Below, piece by piece: positions 59,656 to 64,000 of a stretch of DNA of 64,000 bases; positions within the stretch are counted from its first letter, which is position 1; each line of letters starts with the position of its first letter. Location: positions 29,501 through 93,500 of the forward strand of contig PBKC01000037.1 in NCBI GenBank assembly GCA_002721365.1, in the 5' to 3' direction. The notes under the pieces were generated by a model. The model was not told where the DNA came from. It did no database searches and saw only the letters and a list, made by a program, of their open reading frames with translations. Position numbers and translations under genes: made by a program. Source of the stretch: Rhodospirillaceae bacterium (GTDB lineage Bacteria > Pseudomonadota > Alphaproteobacteria > GCA-2721365).

Positions 59656-61818
59656 ATGTTTGATCGAATCCGAACGAACGCGCTTCTCTTGCTGTCGCTG
59701 ACGATGGCGATTCTGGTGGTCGCCATCGGCCCCGCATGGGCGGCGGGGAACGGCGCTTCGGCGTGGGACCAGACCGATTTCTCGGAAGCGCGCCTGGTCG
59801 CGGCGACCGATGCGACGGGCAAAGGCGAGACCTTGCGCATGGGGCTTCAGTTCCGGCTGTCGCCGGGCTGGAAGATGTACTGGCGCAGCCCCGGCGATGC
59901 CGGCTCGCCGCCGCAGCCCGACTGGTCGGCGTCGGAGAACGTCGCCGACGTCGCCATGAGCTGGCCGGCGCCGGTCCGCTTTTTCGAAGCGGCAGGGCTG
60001 GAGACGCACGGCTATACCGACGAGGTCGTTTTTCCGTTGGCCGTCCGTCTGTCCGATCCCGGTCAGCCGGTGACCCTGGCGGGGACGATCGACTATCAGG
60101 TCTGCGAGAAGATCTGCATTCCCTTCACCGCCGACCTCAGCCTCATGCTCCCGGCCGGTCCGGCGCAGACGACCCCGTTCACGCGGGTGATCGACCGGTT
60201 CATGGCGGTGGTGCCCAAGGCGCCCGCCACGGCGGGGATCACGGTCGACGAACTGGGCGTCGCGGGACCGGCAGGCAATCAGCAACTGGTGGCGCGGCTT
60301 ACGGCGACGCTGCCGTTCGAGGAGCCTGATCTGTTCGTCGAGGGGCCGGTCGACTTCCGGTTTCCCGCGCCCGAGGTCACGCTCTCCGACGGCGGCAGGC
60401 AGGCGTTGATCGTCACGCCGGTCGAAGGCGACGAGACGCTGGCCGGCGTGCCCGTGACTCTGACCCTGCATGACGGAATGCGCGCGGTCGCGTGGGAGGA
60501 AGCGCCGGCACCGGTCGAGGCGCCGGCAGCGAGCTCGGTCACGCCGGCGGCGGAGAGCGGTGGCCTGTTCCTGTCGATGCTGGCGGTGGCGGTGCTGGGC
60601 GGGCTGATCCTCAACCTGATGCCCTGTGTCCTGCCGGTGCTTTCGATCAAGCTTCTCCACGTCGTCGGGCATGGCGGCGGCGACCGCCGTCGGGTGACGA
60701 CGGGGTTCCTGGCCTCGGCGGCGGGCATCGTGGTTTCGTTCCTCGTTCTCGCGGCGGGGGCTATAGCGCTGAAGCTGTCGGGAGAGGCGGTCGGCTGGGG
60801 TATCCAGTTCCAGGAGCCGCTGTTCCTGGTTTTCCTCACCGTCGTCCTGGTGCTGTTCGCGGCCAATCTGTTCGGCCTCTACGAGATCGCCCTGCCGTCC
60901 TGGGCCGGTGCCCTGGCGACGCCACGCGACGGCCATCAGGGCGGGCTTGCCGGGCATTTTTCGACCGGTGTGTTCGCGACGCTGCTGGCGACGCCCTGCT
61001 CCGCCCCCTTCCTCGGCACGGCGCTCGGTTTCGCCCTGGCGCGCGGGCCGGTGGAGATCGCCGCGATCTTCCTGGCCCTCGGGCTCGGCATGGCGCTTCC
61101 CTATTTCGCCGTCGCCGTGATGCCGGGGCTGGTGACGCGACTGCCCAGGCCCGGCCCATGGATGGCGAAGGTGCGATGGGTGCTCGGCCTGCTGCTGCTC
61201 GCCACCGCCGCCTGGCTGCTGTGGGTGATGGCGGCGCAGACCTCGATGACGACGGCCCTGGCGGTGGCCGGTGTGATGGCGTTGGTCGTCGTCGTCATCG
61301 CGGTGGCGGCCGGACGCGGCGCCGGCCTGCGACGGGCCGGCGTGGTCGCGATCCTGCTCTTGATCGCCGCGGCCTTCGTTCTTCCCGCCCAGTGGCGCAC
61401 GTTGTTCGGCGGAGACGGCGTGCAGCGCGTCGCCCATGACTGGCGTCCGTTCGACGAGTCGGCCATCGCCGGTCTGGTCGATCAGGGCAAAGTGGTCTTC
61501 GTCGACGTCACCGCCGACTGGTGTGTCACCTGCAAGGTGAACAAGCTGCTGGTGGTCAACAGCAATGCCGTGGCGGGCCGCCTGGCGGAAAGCGACGTCG
61601 TGCCGATGCTCGCCGACTGGACCAACCCCGATCCGGCGATTGCGGCCTTCCTCGCGCGGTTCGATCGCTACGGCATCCCCTTCAACGTCGCGTTCGGTCC
61701 CGGCGCACCCGAGGGCATTACCTTGCCGGAGCTGTTGACCGTCGAAGCGGTGCTGGAGGCGCTCGATGAGGCCGCGGCGCCCGCGAACCTTGCCGGAGGT
61801 GGCCGGCCGCCGGCGTGA
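59656..61818 (+). CDS. dsbD: DsbD/ScsB-type thiol:disulfide interchange protein
   Basis: GWKMYWRSPGDAG, CEKIC, LNLMPCVLPVL, ATPCSAPF and C-terminal thioredoxin WCVTC. Confidence 0.92.
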   Translation: MFDRIRTNALLLLSLTMAILVVAIGPAWAAGNGASAWDQTDFSEARLVAATDATGKGETLRMGLQFRLSPGWKMYWRSPGDAGSPPQPDWSASENVADVAMSWPAPVRFFEAAGLETHGYTDEVVFPLAVRLSDPGQPVTLAGTIDYQVCEKICIPFTADLSLMLPAGPAQTTPFTRVIDRFMAVVPKAPATAGITVDELGVAGPAGNQQLVARLTATLPFEEPDLFVEGPVDFRFPAPEVTLSDGGRQALIVTPVEGDETLAGVPVTLTLHDGMRAVAWEEAPAPVEAPAASSVTPAAESGGLFLSMLAVAVLGGLILNLMPCVLPVLSIKLLHVVGHGGGDRRRVTTGFLASAAGIVVSFLVLAAGAIALKLSGEAVGWGIQFQEPLFLVFLTVVLVLFAANLFGLYEIALPSWAGALATPRDGHQGGLAGHFSTGVFATLLATPCSAPFLGTALGFALARGPVEIAAIFLALGLGMALPYFAVAVMPGLVTRLPRPGPWMAKVRWVLGLLLLATAAWLLWVMAAQTSMTTALAVAGVMALVVVVIAVAAGRGAGLRRAGVVAILLLIAAAFVLPAQWRTLFGGDGVQRVAHDWRPFDESAIAGLVDQGKVVFVDVTADWCVTCKVNKLLVVNSNAVAGRLAESDVVPMLADWTNPDPAIAAFLARFDRYGIPFNVAFGPGAPEGITLPELLTVEAVLEALDEAAAPANLAGGGRPPA

Positions 61819-61921
61819 TCGGCGGCGGCGTCGCTGTTTCCGGACGCTCTCCGCTGCACTATGTTTTGCCCAGGGACCGGCGGTCCCGCGTTTTTTTGAG
61901 GATGTGGAGGAGACAGAGGGA

Positions 61922-62407
61922 ATGGCGATCAAGGTAGGCGACACGATTCCGTCGGTGACGATGAAGCAGTTGACCGACGAGGGCATGCAGGACGTCGTGA
62001 CCGATGAGTTCTTCAAGGGACGGACGGTTGCCGTGTTCGGCGTTCCGGGTGCCTTCACCCCGACCTGCTCGGCCAAGCATCTACCGGGCTTCATCGAGAA
62101 CCACGGCAAGCTGACGGGCAAGGGCGTCGACGAGATCGCGTGCGTCTCGGTGAACGATGCTTTCGTGATGCAGGCCTGGGGCAAGGATCAGGGCGCGGGC
62201 GGCAAGGTCGCGATGCTGGCCGACGGCAATGGCGATTTCACCCGCGCGGTCGGCATGGAGATCGATGCCAGCGGCTTCGGCATGGGCAAGCGCTCGGCGC
62301 GCTACTCCCTGCTGGTCGAGGACGGTGTCGTGAAGCAGGTGAACGTCGAGGAGGCACCGGGCCAGATGAAGGTCAGCAGCGCCGAATCGATGCTCGACCG
62401 CCTCTGA
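61922..62407 (+). CDS. Peroxiredoxin (Prx5 type)
   Basis: VPGAFTPTCS..HLPG, SVNDAFVM.AW and LADGNG.F. Confidence 0.95.
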   Translation: MAIKVGDTIPSVTMKQLTDEGMQDVVTDEFFKGRTVAVFGVPGAFTPTCSAKHLPGFIENHGKLTGKGVDEIACVSVNDAFVMQAWGKDQGAGGKVAMLADGNGDFTRAVGMEIDASGFGMGKRSARYSLLVEDGVVKQVNVEEAPGQMKVSSAESMLDRL

Positions 62408-62416
62408 ACTCAAATG

Positions 62417-62443
62417 GGCGGGGCCCGGCAACGGGTCCCCGCC
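62417..62443. terminator. Hairpin between convergent prx and rnhA
   Basis: ggcggggccc-ggcaac-gggtccccgcc. Confidence 0.45.
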
Positions 62444-62450
62444 GTCGCCG

Positions 62451-62924
62451 TCAGTCGGGCGGGTGCCGGCTTTCCTGCTGCGCCGCCCGCAGCGCCACGA
62501 CCGCTTCGCGGGCCAGTTGATCGGCGCGCTCGTTTCCGGGGTCGCCGGCGTGACCGCGGACCCAGTGCCAGGTGACCTCATGGGTCGCCAGCGCCGCTTC
62601 CAGCCTTTCCCATAGGTCCTGGTTCTTCACCGGCTTCTTGGCGGCCGTGCGCCAGCCATTGGCCTTCCACTGGTGCAGCCAGCGAGTGATTCCGTCGCGC
62701 ACATAGGTGCTGTCGGTATGGATGGCGATCGCCACCGGGCGCTTCAGCGCTTCCAGGGCCTGGATGGCGGCCATCAGCTCCATGCGGTTGTTGGTGGTCG
62801 CCGGCTCGGCGCCGGACAGTTCCCGCGTGGTACCGCCCCAGCGCAGGACCACGCCCCACCCGCCGGGGCCGGGGTTGCCGCTGCACGCGCCGTCGGTATG
62901 GGCCTCTACGGCCTTTCCGGCCAT
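62451..62924 (-). CDS. rnhA: Ribonuclease HI
   Basis: [29 protein letters not shown] and WVRGHAG..GNERAD. Confidence 0.97.
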   Translation of the reverse strand: MAGKAVEAHTDGACSGNPGPGGWGVVLRWGGTTRELSGAEPATTNNRMELMAAIQALEALKRPVAIAIHTDSTYVRDGITRWLHQWKANGWRTAAKKPVKNQDLWERLEAALATHEVTWHWVRGHAGDPGNERADQLAREAVVALRAAQQESRHPPD

Positions 62925-62925
62925 C

Positions 62926-63888
62926 TCAGTCCAGACCGTATTCACCGGGCCGCGTGACGGCGCGGTGGAAGCGGAGCTTGTTCAGATACTCGATCGGGTC
63001 CTTGGGTTTCAGCAGCGCGCCCGCCGGCTGGTTCAGCCAGTCGTAAAGGCGTGTGAGCAGGAAGCGCATCGCCGCGCCGCGACAAAGCAGCGGCAGGGCG
63101 CGCAGCTCCTCGTCCGAGAACGGGCGTTCCCGGCGATAGGCCGACAGCAGAACCCGCGCCTTGGTGGCGTTGAAGGCGCCGTCGGTCTCGAAGCACCAGG
63201 CGTTCAGGCAGACCGCGATGTCGTAGGCGAAGAAGTCGTTGCACGCGAAATAGAAATCGATCAGGCCGGTAAGCCGGCTGTCCTCGAAAAAGACGTTGTC
63301 GGGGAACAGGTCGGCGTGAATGACACCGGCCGGAAGATCGGCAGGCCATTCCTTCTCCAGCACGTCGAGCTCGGCCGAGAGCTCTTCCGCGAGACCCGGT
63401 TTGACGCTGTCGGCCTCTGCCGCCGAGCGCTCGAACAGCGGACGCCAGCTCGCGACCGAAAGATCGTTCCGCCGGTGGAGCGGAAAATCGGCGCTGGCGA
63501 GGTGCAGATGGGCGAGGGCACGGCCCAGCTCCTCGCAATGCTCCAGCCACAGCCGGCGGGCCCAGACCCCGTCGAGGAAGCTCACCACCGCCGCCGGGCG
63601 GCCGCTCAGGGTGCGCAGCGCCGGCCCGGCGCGGCAGGGGATCGGCACGGGGCACGGCACGCCGCGGGCCGACAGATGCTCCATCAGCCCTAGGAAGAAC
63701 GGCAGGTCGTCCTTCGCCACCCGTTTCTCGAACAGGGTGAGGATGTACCGCCCGCGATCGGTGAGCAGGAGATAGTTGGAGTTCTCGACGCCCTCGGCGA
63801 TGCCGATGAACGACACCAGCGAGCCGATGTCGTAGTCCTTCAGGAAAGCGCGCAGGTCTCCGTCGGAGACTTCCGTATAAACAGCCAC
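62926..63888 (-). CDS. thrB: Homoserine kinase (type II)
   Basis: [31 protein letters not shown] and RFLLTRL.DW; GTG start. Confidence 0.95.
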   Translation of the reverse strand: MAVYTEVSDGDLRAFLKDYDIGSLVSFIGIAEGVENSNYLLLTDRGRYILTLFEKRVAKDDLPFFLGLMEHLSARGVPCPVPIPCRAGPALRTLSGRPAAVVSFLDGVWARRLWLEHCEELGRALAHLHLASADFPLHRRNDLSVASWRPLFERSAAEADSVKPGLAEELSAELDVLEKEWPADLPAGVIHADLFPDNVFFEDSRLTGLIDFYFACNDFFAYDIAVCLNAWCFETDGAFNATKARVLLSAYRRERPFSDEELRALPLLCRGAAMRFLLTRLYDWLNQPAGALLKPKDPIEYLNKLRFHRAVTRPGEYGLD

Positions 63889-64000
63889 GGCATCTGTTCC
63901 GGCAGAGCGAGGCGGCCTTTCTACAGGAACAGGCGGGCGGATGGGAAGCCTTTCGCCCGGTGGCCGGCCGGGGAGGCGATGTGCCATAATCCGCGCCCGG

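Noticed and set aside
58957-62407. algH / dsbD-prx cluster as a novel redox system
   Set aside because: This arrangement is widespread in Alphaproteobacteria and the motifs are canonical.

Overview
High-GC alphaproteobacterial chromosome segment, Rhodospirillales-like by gene order (taxon is inferred). About 1-13.2 kb is an accessory, partly decayed mobilizable region. It holds a copper cluster (cusA-type RND pump cut by the window edge, DUF411, P1B ATPase, an internally deleted APC permease, VTT and DUF302 genes), several gene remnants, a methyltransferase, a mobC-relaxase pair and an SDR/SnoaL/LysR cassette. The rest is mostly core genome: two divergent GGDEF-EAL genes, ftsY-mtaB-dapF, ffh-rpsP-rimM-trmD-rplS-leuCDB, asd, hbd-etfAB with an mcd-like gene, tldD, an extended aa3 cox operon, thrC, M16, tusA, an HWE kinase/receiver pair, algH-dsbD-prx and rnhA-thrB. 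Three families of short palindromic repeats are interspersed. No tRNA, rRNA, CRISPR array, integrase or transposase was recognised. The best leads are: (1) a relaxase with His at the position where MOBP-like enzymes usually carry the catalytic Tyr; (2) a Cys-pair (type 1) heme A synthase inside the cox operon; (3) an orphan secreted 6-Cys mini-protein. All family calls come from recognising motifs by eye, not from database searches.
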